41,049 nucleotides of DNA from Vicugna vicugna (lineage: Eukaryota): assembly GCA_013265495.1 (NCBI GenBank), contig MU058711.1, positions 1 through 41,049 on the forward strand, given 5' to 3'. This document shows, piece after piece, positions 1 to 12,910 of this stretch. The translations under genes were made by a program, and so were the position numbers. The notes below the pieces were generated by a model. It saw only the letters and a program-made list of their open reading frames with translations, searched no databases and was not told the origin of the DNA. The stretch's first letter is position 1. Every line of letters starts with the position of its first letter.

Positions 1-2254
1 CAACAGCATGATGAAAATAATTTTGTATTACTCTCCCCTAACATACTCCAGTCCCATTTTAATCTTTGCACTATAGAATATTACATGAGAATTTATCAGA
101 TTCTGTATTTTTACTTTAATTATCTAAACCTTTTGATTGATGTATTAATGTAATCTCTTGGTGAAGAAAGATAGCTGAATCTATTTGGCAATTCTGTTTT
201 TAGATTTAATCATCTGCTTCAGAAGCACGTTGAAGTGACAAGCACAGCGTGGCTATCTTGCATTTACATTTGATAAATTACGTGAGCATTCTTCATTTTA
301 TTGCTTAAATCTCTATTTTCTTTAAGAATGATTTTATAAAAAACAAAATCACTACTTATTGCAAATACCTTGTATATTAGCAATTAGTTTATAATCTGTA
401 TCACTGAACATGACCTACCATGTGTATCTTCATTTTCCCCTGAAATTCGAACTCTTGATAGCTGGTAGAAATAGTGTTTAAAAATTAGTCTATCTTAGCT
501 AGTTCCAAAACTCTTACAGAAATTAAAAAGCTAATTTAATTAAAAATTTAAATATGCAGCACTATTTATTTTAAAAAATCAAGACTAAAAGATGAATGTT
601 CAATCAGAACATAGCATTTTTTGATGCTATATCAAAGAGGGTTATATAATTCTTCTAGTTAATAACATGTTTTTCTTGGCTCTGATCTTAAAATGGACAT
701 AGGCAGCTTAGAGAGAAGTCCAGAATTAAAGGTTTGGGAGAGGATGAAGAATAGAATTCATGAACAATGGCTATAGAATTGGGATATATTAAACCTGAAT
801 GTTGAACACTTAGTAACTGTCTTCATGGGTTACTCAGTATACAGAGGATGATGGGTAGTTGTTATTTATGAAGGGCAAAGAACAGGGCAAATGAAACAGG
901 AATTTCCTGAGCGTGAGAACCAGACATATTTTGGAATTATCTCCTTTGAGTTTTATTTTGAAGCAGCCTGATTTCTTATCTATCTTCTGGTTTAGAAATA
1001 AGTCAGCCACAAGGCAAGGGATAGATTAGGTAACCTATTAAAATTCCAACCAGTGTGGTTATCCATACACTGATTCACTTCATAAATTTTCCATTTTTGC
1101 TTTAGATTCTTTTTTTCTGGGCTATGTTCATTTGTTCATTTAAATAAAAGTTAAATCTGAGTATAACAACTATTCAGAGCTTTCTTCTTTCTTTCCTTTT
1201 ATTCCTATACCTAACTGTTTGCTGTGAAATAATTTGGAAACTGCTTTTCCCCCTAGGTATATAATTTCATGATAATTGAAGTCCTGACCTTAATTATTGC
1301 TTATGGGGTGAGAGGGAAAGGAGTGGATTGATTCTAAGGCCACAAGTGGTAGTTTCATTTAAAGTATTTTCTTTTTGATTACTATATTCAAGAGATTGAA
1401 TTCTTATTCATTTTATCTAAGCTTATTAATCTCACCATCTCTTGCCTCAAACATCTCATCTATTAATCAAATGAATTTTCCAAAAAATTAACTATTTCAA
1501 AATAAACTGTTCATTTCAAAAGTATTTTGTAAAGAACTGCTCAAAGTTTACAGACAATAAGTATGTTCTAAATTTTGCTGAAAATGAACCTGTGGAATAT
1601 ACCTTGGAGAAATAGTGAAGTGAAATATTAGAGCTCATTAACTTTGATTACTGTTATTTCATATATTTTACAAATATTGGTTTATAATACATCATTCATG
1701 CTGAGGAAGCTTAAGGAATGGCCTCTTATTTAGAGAAATCATTGACATTTAATTATATTAGTTAAGTTCTTTACTTTCCTAGGTTTGAGGATCTAAAATA
1801 ATTGTTTCAAGGTAAAACTAAATAACTTTATTTCTAATGCATGTAGTGCAAGTTCTAGGAATCCTCAATACAATTTTCATTGATCAGACTGACCTCATTT
1901 GAACTTCATCATTGATTTTTTTCCTTTTAGTGTCATTGAAAAATTAAACAAAAAAAGAGTTCACTTAAACACTCTTGAAAGTAGTTGAAGCATATTATGG
2001 ATAAGAATATAAAATTTCAGCTTTGTATATTGCACTAAGTATCAATAAATGATCACTGCTTTTGGACAGTTGCATCTACATTTTACAAAGCATTTAAAAA
2101 TTTTGATATTTTTACTTAATATTGTCCTTGATATTTTCAGTATTAGGATAGTTTATAATTATTTGTTTTAAAATAAAATGATATCACATGGAACTTAAAT
2201 AGGATGAATATCAAGGCAAAATGGAAACATACTTTATTTTTGCATTGTAATTAT

Positions 2255-2442
2255 TTTTTAGCTTTTATTTTGCAGTAATTTCAGACTTCTAGGTAAATTG
2301 TGAAAACAGTACAGAGTTCCTATATACATACTCTTATCCAGCTTCCCTTAATATTAACTGCTATGTAACCATAGCATAACTGTGAAAACTAGGAAATTAA
2401 CATTTGTATAATACTATTAGCTGAACCGTAGACTTTACTCAA
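2255..2442 (-). mobile_element. Old L1 (L1MC-like) 3'UTR fragment
   Basis: TTTTATTTTGCAGTAATTTCAGACTT...CAGTACAGAGTTCC...CCAGCTTCCCTTAATATTAAC...AAAACTAGGAAATTAACATT...ATACTATTA resembles the reverse strand of ancient L1MC 3' ends (recognised by eye; subfamily uncertain). Confidence 0.65.
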
Positions 2443-2799
2443 AGTGGAATACCTTTTAGCCCATTCATATTCATTCTTTACTGTATTTCTATTGATTATT
2501 ATTTGTAGTATAAAAGTAATATAATGTAAAGGTAATATAATAGAAAATTTAGAAAATAATGTAAGAAAATATAATTTTCCCCTAAATTCATCAAGTTCTG
2601 TAGCTTCTGCTATTTCTATATATTTTCTATTTTTCTCACTTACAGTGAAATTGTATTTTTCTTTGAAATGAATATAACTTAAAAAATCTCTTATATTTGT
2701 ATATTACATACTTTAAAGCAGTAAATAATAAAGTAACAAGGCAACAGGTGAAATATTCCAATATATCAGTCATTTTCCAGTTATTCTGCATACTGATCT

Positions 2800-2932
2800 A
2801 ATTAAAACTTTACAACCGTATGTACTTATTGTTATAATTCTCATTATATTTTCAAGGTTACACAAGTATTAGAGCTTGAATTCTAGCCCAAGCATTCTAA
2901 CTTCAAATATGTCCATTTTTCACTGCACTGTA
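2800..2932 (-). mobile_element. Degenerate MIR SINE fragment
   Basis: CAAGGTTACACAAGT...AGAGCTTGAATTCTAGCCCAAGCATTCTAACTTCAAA...CACTGCACTG resembles reverse-strand MIR. Confidence 0.5.
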
Positions 2933-3406
2933 TTTTTCTTAAGTTAAAAAACAAATCCACGCCAAGTGTGTATTTTTCAGATGAATAATCATGGTTTAGG
3001 GTTAAGTAGAAACATCAGAGTAATGGGGAGCATATTAATAAAACTTGATTTGCATATTACCTTGTTAGTACAGTGTAACTTCGAAGAAGACATGTAAATA
3101 GTGTTGATCTATTTTAACTATCTGTAAAATATGAGTAATACTACTTTAAAAATTGGTAGAAAGCTTAAATAATATAAAAATCTAAATTTTTCTAACATAA
3201 AGAATGACAACTAACAACTATTAGGTAAAATTTTGTTCCTTTCCTATACTTCTTCTGTGTATTTGAAATAGAAGATGTTTCCACTTTTCTGTAAAGCTTC
3301 TCAAAAGGAAAAATGACATTTGTATATACATATAATTTTATAAATCTAAAATACTAAAATATATTTAAAAATAACTGTAAACTCTCCTTTTTTCCCTCTT
3401 CTATAG

Positions 3407-3601
3407 AATTGCAGAGTAGCTCTTGTGGAAACCCAGGAGTTCCACCCAACGGTGTATTATATGGTACAAGGTTTGACGTTGGGGACAAGATCCGCTACAG
3501 CTGTGCAACTGGATATATCCTCGATGGCCACCCTCAGCTCACCTGTATAGCCAATTCAGTTAATACAGCCTCATGGGATTTTCCTGTTCCCATCTGTAGA
3601 G
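3407..3601 (+). CDS. CSMD3: Internal coding exon of CUB and Sushi multiple domains 3, first Sushi/CCP domain (probably exon 4)
   Basis: Polypyrimidine tract and AG (CTCTCCTTTTTTCCCTCTTCTATAG) end at 3406; donor G|GTAAAA at 3601/3602; 195 nt, phase 1-1. Translation (E)LQSSSCGNPGVPPNGVLYGTRFDVGDKIRYSCATGYILDGHPQLTCIANSVNTASWDFPVPICR has the four Cys and the Trp of a Sushi domain and matches CSMD3 as I recall it. The ORF-track start (TTG 3409) and the tail after 3601 are not real coding sequence. Confidence 0.93.
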
Positions 3602-4384
3602 GTAAAAAGTTTATTTTTATGTTGACTGAATGTGTGACACAATGAAAATATTTTAAAAGTAAGGTTTGTAATCAGACATTATATTTGCAAGACATGCTTG
3701 TTGTTTGTTTTATAAAATCTGAAGCTTAAAAAATGTGTATATATATAAAACACATACACTATATGACAGATTAAGAAAAATATTTGCTGAGATAAGACAA
3801 TGTTATTTGTGAAATGACACAGTGGAATACATTTCTATATTTATACATGCATTATATATAGAGATATGTCTTCATATTTATGTTAGAAAACACGGAGTTT
3901 ATGATATTTACAAGTTTAATTAGTCTGTCAAAGTCATGATTTTGTTTTCATTTTGAAATATTGACTGAATCTATGGATCTTTTAAAGATTTCTCTAGAGG
4001 ATTTAGCATGGGAATTTGTGAAATTCAGAATTCTGTATAGTTTATTATCGATGTTGGGAAGGATCATTTGTATTATGAGGACAACATAATATACTAATGT
4101 AGACAAAGGTTCAAAGTACATAGCCTGGAAGACAGAACATGTTCAACATTAACTGAATTCATGGATGAATCTTTGTTTTTTAAATTCATGCATGAATCTT
4201 GCCCACAGAAGTTCTGTAGACTGGGCTTTCTTTTCTAGCAAGCAAAAGACAAATGAGTTATATTTTGTTCTTTTGGCATGTGTTTCTGTAATTCCTCTAC
4301 AAATGGTAGGAATGTCTAACTACTCAGCCAAATTACTATGTAGCTTCCTCTTAAACACGTAGCTGTAAATGCATGCTGGAGAGA

Positions 4385-4495
4385 CCCCTAGAAATCAGAG
4401 ATAGTTGATTTTTTTTATCCCAGCTTTGACAATTACTGTATGTTACCTCAGGCAAATCTTGTGAACTCTTTGTGATTCATTTATCTCATTTAACC
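4385..4495 (+). mobile_element. Degenerate MIR SINE fragment
   Basis: ATCCCAGCTTTGACAATTACTGTATGTTACCTCAGGCAAATC...CTCTTTGTGATTCATTTATCTCATTT resembles the MIR core. Confidence 0.55.
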
Positions 4496-4639
4496 AAGGA
4501 GGAAACAAGCCCACCTGTTCCATTTCTTAAAATAGCCTGTACCTGCTACTTAGTGATACATTAGCCCCATGTTGGCTTTCTTTTAATGTTAGCTCTCTCT
4601 GCTGCTCCTGCCATTTCTTTTGTTGTTGTTGTTGTTAAT

Positions 4640-7600
4640 TTTTTCCTACTTTGTTTATTATTTATTTATTTAAACAATATTGAGGTAGCATTAGCTTATA
4701 ACATTGGCTTATTATATAAGTTTTATGTTCACAGCACTATGGTTTGACTTCTGTACGAACTATAGCCTGTTCACCACTAAAAATACAGTTTTCATCCTTC
4801 ACCATACAGTTGATTCCCTTTACCCATTTTAACCCCCTTCCCCTCTGGTAACCACTAATCTGTTCTCTGTATCTATGTGTTTGTTTTGTTCTGTTCATTT
4901 ATTATTTAATTAAATTTAATTTTTTTTTACATATGATTGAAATTGTATGGTATATTTCTTTCTTCATCTGACTTAACTCACTTCGCATAATACTTCCAAG
5001 ATCCATCCATCTTGTCTCAGATGGCAAGATTTTGTTCTTTTTTATAGATGAGTAATATTTCATTGATGATAAATACCATATCACCTATATCCATTTATCT
5101 GTCTTTGCTCACTTAGGTTGTTTCCACATCTTGGCTATTGTAAATAATGCTGCCATGAACATAGGGGTTCATATATAACTTTTAGTTACTGTTTTTCTGT
5201 TTTGTGGATAAATATTCAGAAGTGGTATAGCTGACTCACATGGTAATTCTATTCTTAATTTTTTGAGAATCCTCCATACTGTTTTCCATAATGGCTGTAT
5301 CAATTAACATTTCAACCAACAGTGTATGAGGGTTCCCTTTTCTCGCCATCCTCTCCAATATTTGTTATTTCTTGCCTTTTTGATAGTAGCCATTCTAATG
5401 AGTATGTGACGAAATCTCATTGTGGTTTTGATTTGCATTACCTTAATAATTAGTAATGTTGAACATCTTTCATGTCCCTGTTAGCCATCTGTTTGTCTTC
5501 TTTGAAGAAGTACCTATTCAGATCATTTGCCCATTTTTTGATAAGGTTTTTGTTGTTGTTGAGTTATATGAGTTCTTTTTATATTTTGTATATTAACCCC
5601 TTGTTGTATATATGACTTTAAAATTTTTAGATATCTTCTCCCTTTCAGTAGGTTGTGTTTTCATTTTGTTTGTGGTTTCCTTTTCTGTGCAGAAGCTTTT
5701 CAATTTGATATAATCCCATCTGTTTTTTGTCTTGTTCTGTTTCATTTTGCTTTTGTTTCTCTTGCTTTAGGAGACATATCCAGAAAGATATTGCTGAGAT
5801 CAGTGACAGTGTGCCTATGCTTTCTTTTACTTTGTTTTTATGATTTCATGTCTTATATTTGAGTTTTTAATCCATTTTTAGTTGCTTTTTGAATGTGGTG
5901 GAAAATAGTGGTCTAGTTTCACTCTTTTGCATGTGGCTGTCCAGCTTTCTTAGTGTCATTCATTGAAGAAGCCATCCTTTCTTATTGTGTTTTCTTTGCT
6001 CTTTTGTCATAAATTAATTGTCTATATGTGTGTGAGCTTATTTCTGGGGTCTCAGTTCTGCTCCAAGGTCTCAGTTCCACTGATATATATGTATGGTTTT
6101 CTTCCAGTATCATGCTGTTTTGGTTACTATAGCTTTGTAGTTTAATTTGAAATCAGAGAGTGTGACATCTTCAGCTCTGTCCTTTTTTCTTGGGATTGCT
6201 TCAGCTACTTAGTATCTTCTGTAGTTTCATATAAATATTAGCATTTTTTTCCTGTTTCTTTGAAAAATGTTGTTGGAATTTTGATATAGATTATATTTAA
6301 CCTGTGGATTGCTCTAGGTAGTATAGACATTTCGAACTGTTCCATTTCTTTGTGTCTTCGGTTTATTTCAGCAGTGTCTTATAGATTTTAGTGTACAGAC
6401 CTTTCAGCAACTTGTTAAAATTTATTCCTAGGTATTTTATTTATCTGTTTATGTTGCAATTATAAATAGGATTGTTCTCTTAATTTCTCTCTCTTCTAGT
6501 TTGTTGTTAGTGTGTAGAAATGAAAAAAATTGTATATTGATTTTGTATCTTGCAACTTTATTGTATTCATTTATTATTTGTAATAGTGTTTTTTGGTGGA
6601 GTCTTTAGGATTTTCTATATAATAATCATGTCATCTGCACATAGTGACAGTCTTAACTTCTGTTCCAAATTGGATGCTTTTTATATCTTTTTCTTTTTAT
6701 TTCTTTATTTCTTTTTGCCTAACTGCTCTGTCTAGCATTTTTAATACTGTGTTTAATGAGTGGTGGGAGTGGGCATCCTTATCTTGTTCCTCTTCTTAGA
6801 AAAAAACAGCTTTCAATTTTTTATCTCTGAGTATTATGTTAGCTTTGGCTTTATCATATATGGCTTTTATTATGTTGAAGTACAGTTTTTCTATACCCAT
6901 TTTATTGAGAGTGCTTTTGGTCATAAAAAAGTGTTGAATCTTGTCAGATACTTTTTCTGTATCTATTGAATTGAATATATGATGTTTATCTTTCATTTTG
7001 TTAATGTTACATATGTATATTCATTTTGTTATTTTATATATAAATATAATCTCACATTGATTTGCAGATGTTTATCCATAGTTTCATCCTAGGAATTAAT
7101 CCCACTTGACCATGGTGTATGATCTTTTTAATCCACTGCTGTATTCAGTTTGTTACTATCTGTAGAGGATTTTTGCATATATGTTCATCAGAGATATTCG
7201 GCTATAATTTTCTTTTTTTGTGTTGTACTTGTCTGGTTTTGGTATTAGGGTAATGATGGCCTCATAAAATGAGTTAAGAACTGTTTTTCCTCTTCAGTTT
7301 TTGGAAGAGTTTGAGAGGAATTGGATATTAATTCTCCTTTGGATGTTTGGTAGAATTCACCTGTAGAGCCATTTTGGTCCTAAAAATTTTGTTTTTTGGG
7401 AGGTTTTTGATTACTGTTTTAATTCCTTAGCAGTGATTGGTCTATTCAGATTTTCTGTTTCTTCATGATTTAGTCTTGGAACATCGTATAATTGTTAAGA
7501 ATTTATTCCTTTCTTCTTGGTTGTCCAGTTTATTGACATATAGCTATTCATAGTATTCTCTTACAATCCTTCATATTTCTGTGATATCTTTTGTTATTTC

Positions 7601-10600
7601 TTCTCTTTCTTTTTTGATTTTATTTATTGGAAGCTTCTTCCTTTTATTTTCCCTAGTGATAATAGCTAAAAGTTTGTCAATTTTGTTTATTTTTCAAAGA
7701 ACTAGCTCTTCATTTCATTCATCTTTTCTGCTATGTGTTTAGTTTCTATTTCATGTATTTCCACTCTGATCTTTATTATTTCCTTCCTTCTACTCACTTT
7801 GGGCCTTGTTTTTTCTTTTTTCTTTTCCCTAGTTCTATTAAGTATAAAGTTTGATTATATATTTGAGATTTTTCTGATTTATTGAGGTAGACTTTTATGG
7901 CTATAAACTTCTCCATTGGTATTGCTTTTGCCGCATCCCATAGATTTTGGTATGTTGTATTTTCATTTTTGTTTGTCTTCAGGTGTATTTTTTATTTTCA
8001 TTTGATTGCATAATTGATCCAGTAGTTGTTCAGTAACATGTTCACTTTTCACAGACTGTGATTTTTCTAGCTATTTTCTTATACTTGATATCTAGTTTCA
8101 TACCATTGTGATCAGAAAAGATGCTTGATATCATTTCAGTCTTTTTAAGTTTATTGAAATCTTTTTGTGTGTCCTAACATATCATCTATTCTTGATATGT
8201 TCCATGTACACTCAAAAAGAATATGTATTCTGCTGCATTTGGATGTAATGTTCCATAAAATCTATTAAGTCCATATTGTCTAATGTTTCATTTAACGATG
8301 CTGCTTCTTTGTTGACTTCCTGTCTCGATTATCTATTCATTGGTATAAGAGAGGTCTTAAAATTCCCTACTATTATTGTGTTGCTGTCAGTTTCCCCCTT
8401 AGCTCTGTTACTAATTGTTTTTATCCATTTTAGAGCTCCTCTGTTGGGTGCATATGTATTAATAACTGTTGTGTCTTTTTGATGAAAAGTCCCTTTTATC
8501 ATATTATGTCCATCTCTCTCTCTTGTTAACCACTTTTGGTTCGAATTCTATTTTGTCTGATAGAGTATGGTTATGTCCACTTTTGTTTGGCTGTCATTTG
8601 TATAGAGCATCATCTTCCATCTTTTCCCCTTGAGTCAGTGTTTGTCTTTAGAGATGAGTTGAGTGTCCTGAAGACAGCATGTACTTGGGTTTTATTTTTT
8701 GTTCCATCCAGCCACTCTGTGTTTCAATTGGTGTTTCAATTAAATCCATTTACATTTAGGGTGATCACTGATTAATGAGGACCTAGTACTTCCATTTTGT
8801 GTTTTGTTTTCTGGTTGTTCTATATCTCTGTTGTTGTTGTTTTTGTTCTCCTATTGTTTCTGTCTGCCATTCTATTTTGGTAAATTTCTTCCATATTTTT
8901 CTCTTTTTTCTTTTTTTTTATGTGTCTGCTCTAGTTTTATGTTTCATGGTTTTTATGAAGTTTGTATAAAACATCTCATAAATAAAATAGTCCTTTTCCT
9001 CTTGATAGCATCTTACCTGAATTTGCATCTATGGGTTTTGTCATTTTTCCTCTTTCTCTTTTATGTTCTTGTCATCTCAAATTATCTCTCTTTATTTTGT
9101 GGTTTTATTACCAAAATAGAAGCAGCTATAGTTATTTTTACTGATTTTCCCCTTTATCTTTTATTCTAGAGCTAAATGTTAACAACCTACAATTTTCTGA
9201 TTTCAATTTTATGATTCTAATTTCTCACCTTAAAATTTTATGTAATTTTGCCTTTTCATTTCAGGTAGAAGGGCTCTTTTAAAATTTATTGTAAAGCAAG
9301 TCTGGTAGTCTAGTGGTGATAAACTCTCTAAGCATTTTTGTTGTTGTTGTTCTGGGAAAAGCTTTACTTCTTCATATCTGAAGGATAACTTTACTGTATA
9401 GAGTATTCTCAGCTGGCAGTGTTTATCTTTCAATATTTTGAAGATGCCATTGCACTCTATCCTGGCCTATAGAGTTTCTAGTGAGATATCTACAGATAGC
9501 TTAATGGAGTTCCCTTTTAAGGCTGTCATTCTTTTTTATATGACTGCTTTTAAAATTCTTTCTTTGTCATTGACTTTTGACAGTTTTAATATATTGTGTC
9601 TTAGAGAAGGTCTTTTTGCATTGAGGTAAATAGGTATTTGCTTTAGCTTCATGAACTTGTATATCTAATTCCTTCCCCATGTTTGGGATGTTATCAGCTA
9701 TGATTTCTTTAAATAAACTCTCTGTACCTTTTTTCCCTTTTTTCTCATTTGGGATACCCATTACCCTAACATTTCCTTTCTAATAGAGTTCTCATAAAAT
9801 GTTTCTTTTTCCTCTTCTTCCTCCCTCCTCTTCCTCTTCTTCTTCCTCTTCCTCTTCTACATTTATTTTTTCTCTATTTTTCTTTTTGAGCCTGATTATT
9901 CTCTCTTCCATATGATCTGGTCTATTTCCAATGCTTTCTAATGTATCTTTCATCTCATTTATTGAGTTCTTAGCTCCAGAAGTTCTGTTTGGTTCCTTTT
10001 AGAGTTTGTCTCCTTGGTATTCTCTCTGTTTAATAACTTTATTCTTGAGTTTATTGAACTGTGTTTCTGAGCTTTTTGTAACTCATTGAGTTTTTTCATG
10101 ACAGCTATTTTGAATTCTCCATCAGTTAGTTCACAGTATTTTGTGACTTTAAGTTTGGTTTCTGGAGAATTGTTATTTTCTTCTTGTGATACTGTGTTAC
10201 TGTGTTACTGTGGTTTTTCATGGTGCTTGATGAGCTGTTTCTATGCTGTCACATTTGAAGTAGTGAACACCTTTATTATTTAAGTAAATTTAAAAAATTT
10301 TACTAATGATTTAATAGATTAGTAATTAGAGGCCTTTCTTTTGTTTTTCAGTAGGTTCCATTATAACACAAATTTTTAGTTTCTCTCACCTGAGCTGCCA
10401 CTGGTTATATTTGAGAGTCAGCACTTTGTACCCTCTGCCACCTTTGCCAGAGGTATCACTGGTTCCCTCGTTGTAGTTGCTTATGCCCTTGTGCTATTGT
10501 TACTGTTGTAGCTGGCATCATTTCCTGGGCATTGAGATGGCAGGCACCTCCACTGTGTCCAAGATCTCCTGAGTCACAGGCTCTGCTGCATTTGGGGAGA

Positions 10601-11090
10601 AGGGGAGAATAGGGAGTCTTTGATGCCTCTGCTGCATCTGGAGTTACTGAGTTTGCAAGTCTTACTGCTGTGGATGGAGAGGACTGGAGTTGTAGGTACC
10701 TTCATGGTTGGTAGGACCAGTTGCAGGCCCCACTGCCACTGCTGTCTGGTTCCCTGTGGCAATGGGAACCACTTCAGCTGAAAGGCTGGAGGCTGGAGTC
10801 ATGTATGCCTCCTTCCCTGCTGCTACCTGGTTCTCTGGGGCTATGGGCTTAGTTGCTATGGCCAAGGGTCCAGGACCACAGGCACTGTCTCTGCTATTCC
10901 TTTTATTTTGCCTTCTCTATGTGTCCCAGTCCACCCACCTTTATGTGTACAGGTGTGTGGAACTCCCTGGTATCCAGGTATGTTGGGCCAAATCACTTTT
11001 GTTGAGTTATGGATGTTTTACTGGTTATAATTTGAAGGAGAGAGACAAGGAGAGCATCTCATGCCATGTTGATGCTTATGGCACCCCCTT
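4640..11090 (-). mobile_element. Near-full-length (~6.4 kb) decayed LINE-1, antisense to CSMD3
   Basis: Minus-strand remnants in the correct order: GC-richer 5'UTR ~10400-11090; ORF1p pieces (9567-9761 GIPNEKKGKKGTESLFKEIIADNIPNMGKELDIQ; 9230-9433 QLRILYTVKLSF); ORF2 start ATG at 8795 giving MEVLGPH*SVITLNVNG (endonuclease motif with an in-frame stop); RT piece 6796-6996 ([13 protein letters not shown]...IIKAIYDK); ORF2 C-terminus 4902-5084 (YYSSIKKNKILP...WMDL); T-rich tail ~4640-4675. Confidence 0.95.
9810..9858. repeat. (CCT/CTT)n pyrimidine-rich simple repeat inside the L1 ORF1 region
   Basis: TCCTCTTCTTCCTCCCTCCTCTTCCTCTTCTTCTTCCTCTTCCTCTTCT. Confidence 0.8.
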
Positions 11091-11297
11091 ATTTCTAGTT
11101 CTATGACTGTTGTTAGCATATAGTATACACTTATAGTATACTAGGAAATTTATAAGCATACTCACTTTTAAATTTCACAACAGTACAAAACTGAAGTTCA
11201 AAAAATTTAAAAAAATAATTTCTCAAGGTTACCCAGTAAATGTCAAGAACTATGAAAAGTCTGAGATTGTACTTGATTTACAGTTTAACAATTTATC

Positions 11298-11748
11298 TGC
11301 CACAGTTTCTTGGATGGTGATAGAAGACACAAGACTCTTGGATCAGAAACCAAGGAGGGTTTATTATTCACAGAAATGTCAGGAGACAGAGTATCAGCAT
11401 TTTTGCCAGTTCTCCAAACCCCAGATCTCATAGAATGCATGAAGAGTATGAGATACCTGCATATGTAATATGTGTTATTATAGGAGAGGGATCATGAGCT
11501 TATAGAAATTAAATCCTTTATAATGGGCATGCCTGCCCGTTGCTCTTGAGAGAGGTCCTTTCTCTTTTTCCCAAGCTTTTAAACAAACAGCTTTCTCTTG
11601 GTAGAAGACATTGTTTCTGTGCCCTGAGCCTGCCTATCTGCTATGCAAATGTCTTTGAAAAGATAGTATGGTACAAAGAGAAGGACAGTTGGAATCTCTG
11701 CTCACAGATGTACATCAATGTTAGAATTCAATGAAAAAATTTCTTGCA
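11298..11748 (-). mobile_element. Solo ERVL-class LTR, LTR40-like
   Basis: TG...CA termini (TGCCACAG...TCTTGCA), ~450 bp; internal GGATCAGAAACCAAGG, TTTATTATTCACAG, AGAGTATCAGCATTTT, TTTATAATGGGCA and CTTTGAAAAGATAGT match the LTR40 reverse complement as recalled. Confidence 0.7.
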
Positions 11749-12069
11749 GTTTGGGGTGTGGTGAGGATGCCAGATTTGATGCCATTCTGTCAGGTTCCAA
11801 AGCCTTAGCTTGTTACCATTTGATACTTCACCAAAGTTTTTTGCATATCTCTTCAGAAATGTTTTATTATAAGAGAGTAAATGGAGTTTTATAGTTTAAT
11901 CATTCAAAAGATGTTTATTTAGTTTTTAAGGCACAAAACGCCCTGAGTCAAAAGTATTTATTAAGGTACTTAAAGCCAAGAAGAATTTTAAGAGGTTTCA
12001 ATGGAGTATTTCTAATACTACGTGAAAGTTAATTTCTGTTGTGGTACTCCTTCCTTTCCTGTTTGGTTC

Positions 12070-12285
12070 AGGTAAGAGCCTGTGGGGTCAGAAGGATCTG
12101 AATCTAAATACTGATTTTGCTACTTACTGACTAGACCCTTTGAGCAAAAATTGTATTATTTTGGAAACTATTTCTTTAGCTATAATAGAATGAATAGATA
12201 GACAGAAATACCAAAATCACAGTACTGTTGGAGTTTAATATGATAGCATATATAAAGTGCCAAATATCTACTGAGTTACTTAAGT
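12070..12285 (+). mobile_element. MIR SINE
   Basis: GGGTCAGAAGGATCTGAATCTAAATACTGATTTTGCTACTTACTGACTAGACCCTTTGAGCAA...TATATAAAGTGCC follows the MIR consensus order. Confidence 0.6.
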
Positions 12286-12657
12286 AGCTCCCCCTTTCCA
12301 CTTTTCATTAGTATTTCTTATCATCTCTTTAAAGAAAGGAATTACAGTTAGCAAAACCTGGATGGATAATATCATTTATCTTTATATCCACATCTAACCC
12401 TAAAGCCAACACTTCTATTTTTGTTGTTGGTTTTGTTGCCATTTTGTTTATTTTTGCCTGAGTGTATACTCTACTTCCCTACTCCTCATCCCCAAGACTC
12501 TTCATGCTTATTTCCTTTGACTTGCATTCTAACCTCTGTAGCTTTTTAATCTATCAAAACATGACACCCACTGTTTTTTTTTGAAATTCAGTCTGCTTAG
12601 CTTCAGTTTGCCAAACTCATCTTTTCTTTTCTTTGACAATAATACTGATGACTACAG

Positions 12658-12910
12658 TTACTCATTCAAATATATTTATTAAGGGCCCACCCTATGCAAA
12701 GCATTGTTTTATGTGATGAATATAAAAATATGATTAAGAAACACTTCTCTTATTTAAGAATCCAGTTCTAATAGGGCTGATCATACTGTAATCAGATTGT
12801 GATAGTAATGTGTGATAATTGCTTTAATATCAGAATCTATAGACTGTTAGGCACCTTGAAAAGGAAGACCTTAATTCTTCCCAGTTGAGTGGAAGGAAGT
12901 TCAGGTGCTT
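12658..12910 (-). mobile_element. L2 LINE 3'-end fragment
   Basis: CTCATTCAAATATATTTATTAAGGGCCCACCCTATGCAAAGCATTGTTTTA is a typical L2 3' terminus in reverse. Confidence 0.6.

Noticed and set aside
3602..3645. ORF-track extension GKKFIFMLTECVTQ after the Sushi domain
   Set aside because: Intronic read-through past the GTAAAA donor.
5653..11106. Hydrophobic Phe/Leu-rich plus-strand ORFs resembling membrane proteins
   Set aside because: They are the antisense reading of A-rich L1 sequence.
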